Shown here piece by piece: positions 21,192-32,863 of a stretch of DNA of 64,000 nt. The notes below the pieces were generated by a model. It did no database searches, had not been told where the DNA came from, and worked only from the letters and a program-made list of their open reading frames with translations. The DNA comes from an uncultured Gemmatimonadales bacterium (GTDB lineage: Bacteria; Gemmatimonadota; Gemmatimonadetes; Gemmatimonadales; GWC2-71-9): assembly GCA_963842945.1 (NCBI GenBank), contig CAWJIM010000002.1, positions 128,001-192,000 of the forward strand, in the 5' to 3' direction. How positions within the stretch are numbered: the first letter of the stretch is position 1; the number at the start of each line of letters is the position of its first letter. Made by a program: the position numbers and the translations under genes.

Positions 21192-22060
21192 TTGTCACTC
21201 GCTTTGTAGACGCTGAGACGATTCCCCGAATTCTCCGGCACGACCAGAAGTCCCCGCTTCCGGTCCACTATCAGATCGGCAGGAGACTGAAGCCCGCTCG
21301 CCAGCTTGACCGGCTTGGCACCCGGTTGCGATCGAACCAGGAAGAGATCTCCCCCGACGTTGTCGCTGATGTAGAATCCGCCGCCCGGCGCCGCATCGAT
21401 CCCGTCGGGCGAGCCCAATCCCTGGGCCAGGTTGCGCCACCCGCCCTTTCCGTCGGTCACCGACAGCACGCCGCTGCGATAGCCCACGGTGTACATGCTG
21501 TCGCCCCCGGCGGCGAAGAGCCCGTTCACGCTGGATTGGGCCCGGACCGTGTCACTGCCTGCCAGCACGGCCGGCCGCTTGCCCTGAGACAGCCGGAACA
21601 CGGCACCGTGGCCGTTGGCGGTCGAGTCTCCGGTGTCGCTCACGTAGAGCTCTCCGCCAGGCCCCACCGCCAGGTCGTTCAGGAAGTGCAGCGGCCGGGG
21701 GAAGTCTTTGGCTGGATAGACCAGCTCGGCTTTGCCACGGGTTACCCGGTACACGCCCTTCCGATCGGCAGCCCAGAGGGTAGATCCCACGAAGATCACG
21801 CCGCAGGGATCCTCCAACCCGGTGGCGTACACCTCTGACTTGCCGGATTGGGGGTCCACCCGGTACACCGCGCCGTCGGGCCCGTTGTCGAATTTGCCGA
21901 AGGCGCTGACGTACCAGGCGCCATCGGGGCCAACGGCAACACTCTCGGGTCCGGGAATCGAGTCGATGGTGACGTGGAGCGACGGCCCGAGCGAGGCCTC
22001 TTTCTGGGCCAGGAGCTGAGCCGGGAGCAGACCGAGAACAACGAGGAGAGTCAAACGCAT
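21188..22060 (-). CDS. SMP-30/gluconolactonase family beta-propeller protein, secreted
   Basis: Signal peptide; GPESV, FLNDLAV...LYVSDTG, VNGL and PDGI motifs. Confidence 0.8.
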   Translation of the reverse strand: MRLTLLVVLGLLPAQLLAQKEASLGPSLHVTIDSIPGPESVAVGPDGAWYVSAFGKFDNGPDGAVYRVDPQSGKSEVYATGLEDPCGVIFVGSTLWAADRKGVYRVTRGKAELVYPAKDFPRPLHFLNDLAVGPGGELYVSDTGDSTANGHGAVFRLSQGKRPAVLAGSDTVRAQSSVNGLFAAGGDSMYTVGYRSGVLSVTDGKGGWRNLAQGLGSPDGIDAAPGGGFYISDNVGGDLFLVRSQPGAKPVKLASGLQSPADLIVDRKRGLLVVPENSGNRLSVYKASDK

Positions 22061-22282
22061 ACCGTGCCTCGTGCGGAAAGAAGGAGGGCTCGAGTGGACT
22101 CAGAGCCCCTACGCGGCCGGACGAAATGTAGTGTCGGTTGAAACAGGTGCGGGCTCGGCACGGCTTACGGCGGCTTCCGAACCGGCATCCTGCACGCTTT
22201 CAGAGAGCGAGATGTGCAGGCAGCACGGCCAATGCGCAGTGCTTACCTTGGGGTAAGGGGTCTTTACTCAAAGGCAGCTTCT

Positions 22283-22834
22283 GTGATAAATGCGGATCCT
22301 CAGACCACCCCCCAGATCTCCGGGGCAACCCTGCTTATCGTGGACGATGATCCGTCGTTCCGCCGAGCACTGCGGAGACTGCTGGAGCTTGAGCAAATCT
22401 CCGTTATCGAGGCCGACGACGGCGAGCAGGCGATTCGCGTGATCGAGCATGACGAGGCCCAGCGGGTCGATGCGGTCCTGACAGACGTGTCGATGCAAGC
22501 CGTTTCTGGCCCCGAATTGATCGCGGTGCTCCGGGAGTACCGCCCTGCATTGCCGGTCGTGGCCATGTCGGCATGGGACCCAGTCCCACCCGGCCTTCCC
22601 CCGGTGCCCTTCCTGCACAAGCCATTCGAGCTAGAGGAACTGATCGAAACGGTCGGACCGCTGGTCCTCACGCCCGAAGCGATCCGGCGGCGAGCACGGC
22701 AAATGCGCGCGGATGCGGCCGAATCGCGGTCATCGGCCGAACGGCAACGGGAGATAGCGAGAGAACACCAGGTCAAGACGGGTGAACTCATGAAGGCCTT
22801 TATGCAGCTCCGCGAGAGGATAAAGCGGCGCTGA
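22283..22834 (+). CDS. Response regulator (REC plus C-terminal coiled coil)
   Basis: LIVDDD, LTDVSM, AMS and FLHKPF; charged helical tail. Confidence 0.85.
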   Translation: MINADPQTTPQISGATLLIVDDDPSFRRALRRLLELEQISVIEADDGEQAIRVIEHDEAQRVDAVLTDVSMQAVSGPELIAVLREYRPALPVVAMSAWDPVPPGLPPVPFLHKPFELEELIETVGPLVLTPEAIRRRARQMRADAAESRSSAERQREIAREHQVKTGELMKAFMQLRERIKRR

Positions 22835-23035
22835 TCCGTCCCTCCTCGTGCAACGCCACAATTTGAACATCTAGGATCACCTCTCGCCGACTTAGCTCCG
22901 CCGCGACCGGGTCAGTCAGCTCTTGAAACGGGCCCAGGCCTTTCCCGCCGAACCTAGCCTTTGGTACTACAGCGGAAATCAAACGGGCAGCGTTAAACTC
23001 AGCGACCCTCTGAGCTGCTGGTCTGCCCGCAGTCT

Positions 23036-23995
23036 ATGGAAGCTGATTTGAGTTCCCGTCATGGGCCACTCTGGCGAGAGGCCAGCGTGCTGGTGGTCGA
23101 CGACGAGCCGCCGCTGCGTCGATTGATTCGCCGCAGGCTCGAAGCTGAACAGTTTCGGGTGGAAGAAGCCGGCGACGGCGAGTCTGCCCTGCGGCTGATC
23201 CAATCGCGGCTCGAGCCGTTCGACCTGGTGCTGACCGATCTCTCGATGCCGGGGATCGATGGACGGCAGATCCAGGCGACGCTGAAGCGGTATCGTCCGA
23301 CGATAGCGGTCCTCTGTATGTCAGCCGAGCCCGAAGAGCTGCCACCGATCGACGGGGCTGAGACTTCCATTGCGGTGCTGCGCAAACCATTCAGCGAAGA
23401 CGATTTGTACCTCGCTATCCGGGCCGAGCTCACTCGCGCTTCGGATCTCAGGGCAGTGGCGGAGAGCGAGATCGTCCGGGTCAATGCGGAATTGAGCCAA
23501 CTGGCGCTGACGCTGCAAGAGAACCGTGCTGCGCGGCGGCAGTCGGTCGATTTGGTGGCCGCAGCCCGGGAGTTGCGTGGCACGGCGCACTCCAGTGAGG
23601 ATCACGAACATTTATGGCGAAGGCCGTCGCGCTACACGCGTGCCGAGCTCCAGGAGCTCCGGATCAGCCGAGTCCATGCCCGAGACCCATACCTCTTCTG
23701 CCTGCTGTCGGACCGGAATATGGTCCGTGTCCCGCTCACGATCGCACCGGGCTTGGCCGGGCCGCTGCCAGGTGTGAGAGCCAGTTGGCAGGTACTCGGG
23801 GATGGCAAGTCGGTGGTCTGGGATGCCGGGGAGGCTCGCGCCATGGCGACTGAACGCGTCAGTCTGGCGCACATTCTCGCTCATCCCGACGCTCGGATGA
23901 TCGTCCTGCCAACCGCAAGCGAGTCAGTCAGCCGCCTCGGCCGCCAACTGCTGCCCGTCCTCCTCGGCATGCTTACATCGACCATGTCGATCTGA
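23036..23995 (+). CDS. Response regulator (REC plus coiled coil) with C-terminal DUF2442-like region (possibly two genes)
   Basis: LVVDDEP, LTDLSMPGIDG and LRKPF; C-terminal LSDRNMVRVPL...PGL...R.SWQVLGDGKSVVW resembles DUF2442. Confidence 0.75.
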   Translation: MEADLSSRHGPLWREASVLVVDDEPPLRRLIRRRLEAEQFRVEEAGDGESALRLIQSRLEPFDLVLTDLSMPGIDGRQIQATLKRYRPTIAVLCMSAEPEELPPIDGAETSIAVLRKPFSEDDLYLAIRAELTRASDLRAVAESEIVRVNAELSQLALTLQENRAARRQSVDLVAAARELRGTAHSSEDHEHLWRRPSRYTRAELQELRISRVHARDPYLFCLLSDRNMVRVPLTIAPGLAGPLPGVRASWQVLGDGKSVVWDAGEARAMATERVSLAHILAHPDARMIVLPTASESVSRLGRQLLPVLLGMLTSTMSI

Positions 23996-24245
23996 AGGCT
24001 GGGGTTTACCTGGCACAGAGCCTCGCACCCATCCGCTCCGATCACAGCCCTCCGAGTAAAGACCGACGCCTCCTTGACTCGCCTCGATGGTGCGCAGACG
24101 ACACTCGACCCGGTCTCAAGACGTTGAGCGTCCGCGCGCCGGGGATCAGAGCTGTGCCCTCCCCACATCGGTGATTGCCAGGTTAGTGCTGAGATTTAAA
24201 TGGGGTTGCCTAAGCTGCTACTTGATAAGAGTTTTCAGGCCCGGA

Positions 24246-24332
24246 GGCGTGGTGGCAGAGTGGTTGAATGCAGCGGTCTTGAAAACCGCCGAACCCGTAA
24301 GGGTTCCGTGAGTTCGAATCTCACCCACGCCG
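24246..24332 (+). tRNA. tRNA-Ser (anticodon TGA)
   Basis: Acceptor GGCGTGG/CCACGCC, G73, anticodon arm GCGGT-CTTGAAA-ACCGC, long variable arm, T loop TTCGAAT; no encoded CCA. Confidence 0.95.
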
Positions 24333-24333
24333 C

Positions 24334-25021
24334 TTATCGCTCGATTCCGAATCCCCTCCATTCCTGCCGCAGCGCGGCCGCCAGTCCCGGACTCAGCCTG
24401 ATCCCGCGATACAACTCGGCGGCAACCCCCTGCTCCGGCATGCCCAGCCGCCGCCGGGCCTCGGCCACCGGCAGCGACCACAGCTCCTTCACCGGAATCT
24501 CGAACAGATTGGTCAGCCGGGTGCGCCGGGCATGGTCGTAGGCCCGGTTGAAGATGCCGAGCCTGAATGCCGCGGCCCACCTGGCGGAACGAGGCAATCC
24601 GCCGGGCGCATTCGACGAAGGCGCCGCCGTAGAACAGCACCCAACCGACAGCCTTGGGCACTCCACGCGATGCGAAGTAGAGGCCCTGCTCCGCCGCTTC
24701 CCCCGCCAGCAGGACCAGCGGCGGCTCGTTGTGGGTAAAGGTGGTTCCGGTCAGCACGTGAGAGGCATCGTGCACCAGGTAGATCTCCTCCGGCGGGCGG
24801 GAGCCGTTGATCAGCTTCCGAAACAGCTTGAGGAAGTGCGGCTTGGCCGGCACCGGAAGGCCCACGTAGCCGTTCACGTCGCGGAAGCGCTGGATGGCGT
24901 CGCCCAAGGTGATCGTCTCGCGATCGCTCTCCCAATCGTAGGAGGAGAGGAGGAGCTGCGCTGCCGTGTCCCTCCCGGGCGCCGGCTGATTGATCGGGGC
25001 CGATTCGAGTCTCGAGCTCAT
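24334..25021 (-). CDS. Coq4-like protein (indel near 24570)
   Basis: HDASHVLTG...GE metal motif and C-terminal LWSLPVAEARRRLGM typical of the Coq4 family. Confidence 0.65.
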
Positions 25022-26975
25022 GACGCGCTTGCCACCGCCGCGGGTTCGGCCATGCGCTCGGATATCTCCATCTCGAGGTCGGCCTCGGAACGGCGGCTGA
25101 TGTACCGGCGATACCAGACCTCCGCGCTCAACAGCAGCCAGATCCGGTTGCCGTGGTCGTAGCGCCGAGCCAGGTGCTCGTCCACCAGCTGCTTCATCCG
25201 CTCGCCCCGGAGGTACCCGGCCCGCACCAGCTCGCTGTCGAGCAGCAGGCGCGGGGCCAGAGCACGGACCTCTCCCTCCAGGATGTACATCAGCGGCGAG
25301 GCAAAGCCCTGCTTCTTCCGGCGCAGAACTTCAGGCGGCAGGTAGCGCTCACCCAGACGGCGCTCGAGGTAGCGGAGCTGCCGTCCCTTGATCTTGAGTC
25401 CGGTGGGCACCCGGGCCATAAACTCGGCGAACCGGGGATCGAGGAAGGGTGAGCGGGACTCCAGGCTGTACGCCATGGTCGCCCGGTCCAGAATGGTGAG
25501 CGACTGCCCCGGCAGCCGCGACATGGCATCGACGTACATCATCCGGTCGATCGGGGCGTCGGCGTTGGGCGCAGCGTAGAGCTCCAGCAGACACGCATCC
25601 GGCCGGCTGTCCCAGCAGCTGGTTCCGGAACCCGGGCGCATAGAGCTCGGCCCGGTGCGCCTCGTTGAACCAGAAGAACTGGAGACTCTCGGAGTAGCGC
25701 TCTCCCCCGGTCTTCCGCGCCATCAGGTCCACCCAGCGGAGCTTGTGGGTGAAGCTCTTGAAGGTGAACTGATCCGGCAGCCGCCTGAGGACCTGAGTGG
25801 CGACCACGTTGCGCATCACCTCCGGAACGGCGCGGTAGGTGTCGAGCCAGCGATCGGCCGCATAGCGATCGTAGCCACCGAAGAGCTCGTCTCCACCGTC
25901 GCCGCCGAGCACCACCTTCACGTGGCGGGCGGTCATCCGGGCCAGGTGCAGCAGGCAGATCGAGAGTGGATCGGCGGGCTCGTCCAGCGCCGACACCAGC
26001 CGAGGCAGATCGTCCACCACGCTGGGCGTGACTTCCTCGGCGTAGTGCTGGGTTCCGTATCGCGCGGCTACCGCCGCGGCATGCGGGCAGCTCGTTCAGG
26101 TCGCGATACGGGATCCCCATGGAGAAGGTGCGGAGCTCCGAGCCCAGGGTTCTGGCAGCGTAGGAAGCGATGAGCGTGGAATCCAGTCCGCCGCTCAGGA
26201 ACGCGCCCACCGGCACATCGCTCAGCAGATGGAGCTTGACCGTTTCGGCCAGCAGCTCGTCGATCCGGTCCAGCGTCTCGCTCTCGGAGTAGGTCCACTT
26301 GGGGCCGTAGCTCAGGTCCCAGTAGCGCTCGATCCGGCTCCGGCCATTCTCCCAGACCATGTAGTGCGCCGGGGGCAGCGACCGGATGCGGGCTGAAGAA
26401 GGTCTCCGGCGGATGCACGAACCGCATGGTGAGATATTGATCGAGCGCGACGCGGAGACAGCTCGGCCAGAGAGGGATCATCGGCCAGCAGCGCCTTGAT
26501 CTCGGACGCGAAGGTGAGCTGCCCGCCGCCTCGGTGTAGAACAGCGGCTTCTGGCCAAAGTGGTCGCGGGCCACCAGCAGGCGGCGCCGGGTCCGATCCC
26601 AGATCGCAAAGGCGAACATGCCCGCGGAGCCGCGGCGACCATCTTCTCGCCGTCCTCCTCGTACAGATGCACCAGCGCTTCGGTGTCGCTGCGCGTCTTG
26701 AAGCGGTGGCCCTTGGCAACCAGCTCGTCGTACAGGCTGGGGAAGTTGTACAGCTCGCCGTTGAAGACCACCACCACGGTCCCGTCTTCGTTCGACATCG
26801 GCTGGTGTCCGCCGGCCAGGTCCACGATGCTGAGCCGCCGCATGCCGAGGCCGACACCGCCCTCGACGAAGGTGCCCCAGTCGTCGGGACCCCGATGGGC
26901 AATGGCGTCGCACATCCGGAGGACTTCGGCTTCAGCGACCGGAGCCGTCCCGGCCTTACCGGCGATGCCGCACAT
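25018..26975 (-). CDS. asnB: Asparagine synthase (glutamine-hydrolysing) family amidotransferase (many indels)
   Basis: MCGIAG, HRGPDD, NGELYN, FLSGGLDS, GDGGDELFGGY, ESRSPFLD and RKKQGF. Confidence 0.92.
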
Positions 26976-27799
26976 CTACGCTGCCTTCTTCCTGCCCCAG
27001 GCCACCATCATGTAGCCGGGCGAGAACGGGATCAGGTTGTCCAGCATGGTCCAGGCCCGCAGAGCGGGATAGACCGCGGAATAGAGCTTATACGCGGTGC
27101 CGACCTTGTTCAGCGCTTCGGCCGACATCGGCGCCGTGTCGCCATGGAAGTCCTGCTGCTGGGTGTCCTTTCCCTTCATGGACTTCCGGTGATACGCGTA
27201 GTTGAGCAGGTCCTCGATCGATTCGGTGAAGAACCGGCAGTAGTCGTCGGTCCCGCTCAGCTCAGGCCGTGCCGCTCCATCAGGGCCCGGGTGGCCGCCG
27301 GAGGATATCCGTCGCGCGCATGCCCGAAGCCCTCCTGGTCGGCGGTGAAGCCCAGCAGCCGCTTGAGCGCAAATCCCGGCCGGCCGGTCTCGCCCTTGGG
27401 CGCCATGAACAGAAAGTCCCCGCCCGGCTTCAGCACCCGCACCATCTCGCGGAAGAAGCGTGTCGTCGTCCTCGATGTGCTCCAGAAAGTTGATGGCGGC
27501 AACCACGTCGAATGACGCGCTCCGGAACGGCAGCTCGGCGTCGCTGGTCTGCAGCACGCGGTCGCCCACCAGCTGCTTGGCCGAGCGGACATGGTCGCGC
27601 TCGAAGTCGGTGCTCACCCAGGTGCCGCCCCGCTGCCGCAGGAAGTGCGACGTGAGGCCGGTGCCGCATCCGACTTCCAGGCACAGGCGTCCCGCCGATG
27701 GGCGGCAGGTGCTCGCATCAGCGCGTTGACCGTCTGCTTCTTCTTGAGCGAACGGCGATATAGCTGCAGTTGCCAGGGTTCGGTCAATTCGATCTCCAA
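26976..27799 (-). CDS. Class I SAM-dependent methyltransferase (indels)
   Basis: CLEVGCGTG, LPFRSASFDVV, FLEHIEDD and RVLKPGG. Confidence 0.85.
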
Positions 27800-27860
27800 G
27801 TGAGTTGTGAGTCAGGAGCTGGGAGTCGAGGAGCTGCTCTAGCTCCTGGCTCCTAGCTCG
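27800..27860. repeat. Heptamer tandem inverted repeat (GGAGCTR / YAGCTCC)
   Basis: gtgagttgtgagtcaggagctgggagtcgaggagctgctctagctcctggctcctagctc. Confidence 0.65.
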
Positions 27861-28848
27861 CCCACTCTCCGATAATCCTCGAGCGTCCGCCGAATCCCTT
27901 CCCGCAAATCTACCTTGGGCTCCCAGTCCAGCACCCGCCGGGCCCTGGAGGTATCGAACTCCGAATCGCTGTGGAAGAAGTCCATCCGCCGCCGGTAGAT
28001 CGGCGGATCGATCGCCAGCGCGGCACAGACGTCTTCCACAACGGCGGCCAGCCCAGCATCGGGCGCCAGCGGCAGCCGGATCCCGTAGCGAGAGCTGCCG
28101 GTGGCCGCGGACCACCTCGTCGAGCAGCTCCCGCAGGGTGCAGGCGCGGGGCCCGGCAACGATCAGCCCCTCGCCCAGCGCCTCGTCCCGCTCGCAGGCC
28201 TTGAAGAAGGCGGAGACGACATCGTCCACGTACACCATGTGGCGCCGGCCCTCGCCCGAGCCGAAGAGCGGGAATCGTCCCCGGCTCACACCCTTGAACA
28301 TCTTCAGCAGGCGCTGATCGCGGGGACCATAGACGTCGGCTGGACGCAGCACCACGGCGGGAAGCCGGCAGTTCTCGGCGAAGTCGCGCACCAGCCGCTC
28401 GGCCGCGACCTTGGTGCGCTCGTAGATGTTTCCCGGCGAGAGCGGCGACTCCTTCGTTGGTGATGCCCGGCGCCCGGTGGCCGTAGATCCCGATGGTGCT
28501 GCAGTAGACGAACCGCTCGACCCGCTCCGCGGTTGCCGCCTGCAGCAGATGCCGGGTGCCGTCGAGGTTGATGGACTCGAAGAACTCGTCGCTCTTGCCG
28601 CCCTCCCGCATGGCCACGGCAAGGTGGAAGATGTGAGTCGCTCCCCGCGCCGCCCGCCGGCACAGCTCGGCATCGGTGATGCTGCCGGAGAGCACCTCGG
28701 CGCCCATCCGGGACAGCAGCTCAGCGTTGGCCTGTTCCTCGGGGCGGTCGGTCAAGCCGAGCACCACCACCTCGGCCCCGCGGCGCCGGCCCTCTTCGGC
28801 CAGATGCGAGCCGATGAAGCCGGTGCCGCCGGTGACCAGAAGTCTCAT
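27839..28848 (-). CDS. NAD-dependent epimerase/dehydratase (extended SDR; indels)
   Basis: [18 protein letters not shown] (YxxxK), LRPADVYGPRD and YVDDVV. Confidence 0.9.
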
Positions 28849-29965
28849 CCGAATCGCTCCGCCAGCGCCTGCCACGATGCGGCCGCTCGCCTGCCGTCGC
28901 CGTAGGGATTCACCGCGTTGGCCATGCGCTCGTACGCCGCCCGCGAGGTCAGCAGCTCGCTGGCCACGCTGCACGATGCGGTCGCGGTCGGTGCCGACCA
29001 CGACCGCGGTTCCGGCCTCGACCCCTTCGGGCCGCTCGGTCACTTCGCGGAGCACCAGTACCGGCTTGCCCAGCGAAGGCGCCTCCTCCTGAACGCCGCC
29101 GCTGTCGGTGAGCACCAGGTAGGCGCGGTTCATCAGGTGCACGAACTCCACGTAGTCCACCGGCTCGATCAGATACATCCCCGGCAGATCGCACAGGAGG
29201 CGCTCGACCGTCTCCTTGACCTGCGGATTGGGATGGACCGGCAGCACGAACTGCAGATCGGGGTGATCGGCTGGGCCAGCTCGCGAATGGCGGCGCAGGT
29301 GGACTCCAGCGGCGCCCCGAAGCTCTCCCGCCGGTGGGTGGTGACCAGCACCAGCCGGCGGCCGGGATCGAGCGAGGCCAGCTGGGGCTGAGCGGAAGCT
29401 GTAGTTCGGCCGGACGGTCTGAAGCAGCGCGTCGATGACGGTGTTGCCGGTGAGATGCACGTCGCGCGGCGGGATACCCTCGCTCAGCAGCGCCGCCCGG
29501 GCCTGCGCGGTCGGAGGCAAAGTGAATCGAGGCCAGCCGGGTGGTCAGCACCCGGTTCATCTCTTCGGGGAACGGCTGATAGCGGTCACCGGTGCGGAGA
29601 CCGGCTTCGACGTGACCCGAGGGAATTCGCTCGAGGTAGGCGGCGAAGGCGGCCGCGAAGCTGGTCATGGTGTCGCCCTGCACCAGCAGGACGTCGGGGC
29701 GGATCTGGCGCAGCAGCGGCGGCAGCCGCTCCAGCACTCGCGCGGTGACGTCCGGCGGGCGATTGACCGGCGGTCATCAGGTCGAGATCGTGATCGGCCT
29801 TGCAGACCGAAGACGTGCGAGCACCTGATCGAGCATGGCGCGATGCTGGGCCGACACGCAGACCACGCTCTCGAACCGATCGGGCGCGTTCTGAAGCGCC
29901 TGGACCACCGGCGCCATCTTGATCGCCTCCGGGCGGGTCCCGAAGACGCTGAGAACCCGGATCAT
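28845..29965 (-). CDS. wecB: UDP-N-acetylglucosamine 2-epimerase (non-hydrolysing; indels)
   Basis: [48 protein letters not shown] and ERPEG. Confidence 0.95.
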
Positions 29966-30827
29966 CGTCTCGGAGCGTGACCGTCCGCAGCCGCTCGGCC
30001 ATGGTCTGCATCGTGACGAAGCGAAAGCCCCGCTCGAGCACGGTCGCAAAGACCTGCCGCAGGATCCGGTCGCGCACGCCCTCGTAGCAGGGTGGCCGTA
30101 CAGCACCACCGAGTCGTGCTCGTCGAGATGCTGGTTCGAGCTGGCGCAGCACCTCGGGCTCCGGCGTGCCCCGAGCGCCGTGATACTCGAGGAACGGAAT
30201 GGTGCGCGGGCCGGAGAGCGTCACCGGAATGGTCCAGTGCCTCACCGGCTTGTCCGTCCACGGTGGCCCGCCGGGGCTCGCCGCCGATGGCATCGCCGTT
30301 GTAGAGAAAGCCCAGCTCGTCGAGCAGCGCCATCACCCGCTCGTCGGAATAGAAACCCAGGGGAGGAAAACCCGGCCGGCTTGCCGAAGTGCCGGACGAA
30401 ATGGCCGATAGGACTTCTCCACGTCGGCCTGGAGCACGTCGGTCGGGCAGCTGGTGGAAGCGGCGGCTCCAGACCACGTGGTCCATGCCGCCGTGGAGGC
30501 CGAGCTCGTGGCCTTCAGCCTGCAGCGCTTGCAGCAGGGGAACGAAGGAGAGTCCCACCGGACGGGACAGGGCGGTCTCGATGATGAAAGCGGGGCCAGC
30601 CGGTTTTCTTGATGAGATGAACCGCATCGCGGTCGGCCAGCTTGGCCTTGGAGCGCGCGGTGCCCTGCCCGATCCACTCCACCAGGTTGGTGGAGCGGCC
30701 CATGTTCACGAAGAACGTGTTGGGCACACCGAAGTCGCGGCAGACCGCCCGGATCCGGGGAAGTCCGTCGGTGGCACAGACCCGATGATCGACGTCCCAG
30801 CGGAACGCGAACAGCCGCTCGCGTCAC
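29962..30827 (-). CDS. Polysaccharide deacetylase family protein (indels)
   Basis: [24 protein letters not shown] and VLYGHP; C-terminal GFRFVTM. Confidence 0.75.
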
Positions 30828-32050
30828 CGTGGCGTCCGGCGGCGACTTCGCGATAGATCTGCTCGAACTGCTCCGCCGAGCGATCCCAGTCGAACAGGCG
30901 GAGCGCGCGCTCGCGGCCGGCCTGGCCCATCTGCGCGGCGGCGCTGCGGGTCGGCCAGCAGCGATCCGATGGCCTGGGCCAGCGCCGTGGAGTCGCCCCG
31001 GGGCACCACCAGCCCGGTTACACCGTTCTCCACTACCTCGGGAAGCCCGCCCGCATCGCTGGCCACCACCGCAACCTCGCAGCCCATGGCCTCCGCCGCG
31101 GGAATGCCGAAGCCCTCCTCCAGCGAGGGGATGACCGACACGGCGGCGGCCCGGTAGTACGGCGGCAGCTCGGCATTGGGCACCCAGCCCAGGAAGGTGA
31201 CGTCTGTCGCCGATCCCGAGGTCTGCGGCCAGCCGGACCAGCTCGGGCCGTTCGAAGCCATCGCCCGCGAGCACGATCTTGAGATCGGGAAACTGCGGTT
31301 TCAGCTGCGGCGGCCGCCTCGAGCAGGAAGCGGATGCCCTTGCGGGGAAACAGCTGGCGGCAGGCGAAGATCATGTTCGGGCCGAAGCGCGGATCGGCCC
31401 GGTCTGCCATTGTCGCCGGGGCTGAACCGGCGGAGATCGGTGCCGTTGAACACCAGGCGGATGCGCTCGGCGGGCGCGCCGGCTCGCAACGCGTGCTGCC
31501 GGCAGTCCTCGGTGATCGCGGTCAGGGCGCCGGCGTGGCGCAGGGTCCAGCGCAGGGCCGGACGAACGTACCAGCGGGTCGGGAAATCGTACCCCTGCTC
31601 TGGGTTCACGTACACGTCGCCGCCGTGCATGGTGATGACGCTGGGCACCTGCAGCTTGCGCGCGGCCAGCACCGCAGCGGGCCCGGTCGGAATGGCCCAG
31701 TGGGCGTGGATCACATCGGCCCCGTGCTCTCGCGAGCCTCGCCATGATGGCCCGGTGCTGCGCCTCCATGATAGTGGGCCATGACCACCACCCGGGCGAA
31801 CCGGCCCAGCCAGCTCACCCGGCTCTGGGCGACTCGTGCCGTAAGTGAGATCCGGCGGCAGCTCCAGCGGAAAGCGGACGATCCTCACCCCGTCGAACAT
31901 GTCGTCCCGAGGGAGCGATGGATCGCCAGGCGTGACTACCGTGACGGAGTGGCCCCGGCGGACCAGGTGCCGGTTGATGTCGTGAACGTAGGTGGCCTGA
32001 GTGTCGCTGGCGTGCTGGGGATACCAGTAGGTGGGACAGATAATGCGCAA
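30824..32050 (-). CDS. Glycosyltransferase family 4 (indels)
   Basis: DVIHAHWAIP, TMHGGD, NGTD, RKG and EEGFGIPAAEAMGC. Confidence 0.9.
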
Positions 32051-32299
32051 CGGTGTTCCCTGCCCCCAAGATCCTGAGGGGGCACCTTCGGTGCTGCGAC
32101 CACCAGTCCCCCTGCTGTCATATGGCGTTCATTTCAGAAGATACTACTGGGCTAAAGGCTAGAAGAGCAGCCCCGCAAAGATCAACATTTATGCCACTTT
32201 GAAGGCCGTGTACGGCGACGAGGCAGTCTAGCCCATGCCCGGACCCAAACACTTGCCGAGCGCCCGTCGGCAACAGAAATCTGCTGCCTGGGCGCGTAC

Positions 32300-32718
32300 T
32301 CACTCCCAGGAGAGCCCGGACCTTTTGGGCCAGGTCCTCCTGGGTGAACGGCTTGGCCAGGAAGGGGGCTCCCGGCTCGAGCAGCCCCCCCTGAAATACC
32401 TCCGAGGCGAACCCCGACATGTAGATAATGGGCTTGCCCGGCCACCGCTGTTCCACGTGGCGCCCCAACTCGCGCCCATTCATTCCGGGCATCTTGATGT
32501 CGGTGAGGACCAGATGGATGCCACCGGCGTGCTGCTCGATCGTGGCGATGGCCTCCCGCCCGTGAGCTGGCCTCCATGGCCTGATATCCGGTCCAGGTGA
32601 GCATCCGGCAGGCCAGCCTCCGAACGGCTTCTTCATCGTCCACCACCAGGACGGTATAGCCCCCCGGCGGGCGTTGGGGCGCGGCCTTGCCCGCCGGGGA
32701 GCCCTGGATCGAATGCAT
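32300..32718 (-). CDS. Single-domain response regulator (indel near 32570; 3' end uncertain)
   Basis: LVVDDEEAVR, LTDIKMPGMNG, YMSG and FLAKPFT. Confidence 0.85.
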
Positions 32719-32863
32719 TGGGCGAAAGTACCCTCCGGCGACTTGGCCTCGCAAGTTCCAAAGTAGGTATTATGCAACCGGCGGCTTGTCCCTCGGGATT
32801 CGGTTTCTAGGTTTGACCAAGTTGATGCAGTGTCGGTGATTGCGACGGTACCAGCGAGGCTTC

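Noticed and set aside
24246..24332. tRNA-Sec or UGA suppressor (given selA nearby)
   Set aside because: The anticodon is TGA (reads UCA, Ser), not TCA, and the acceptor stem is a normal 7 bp.
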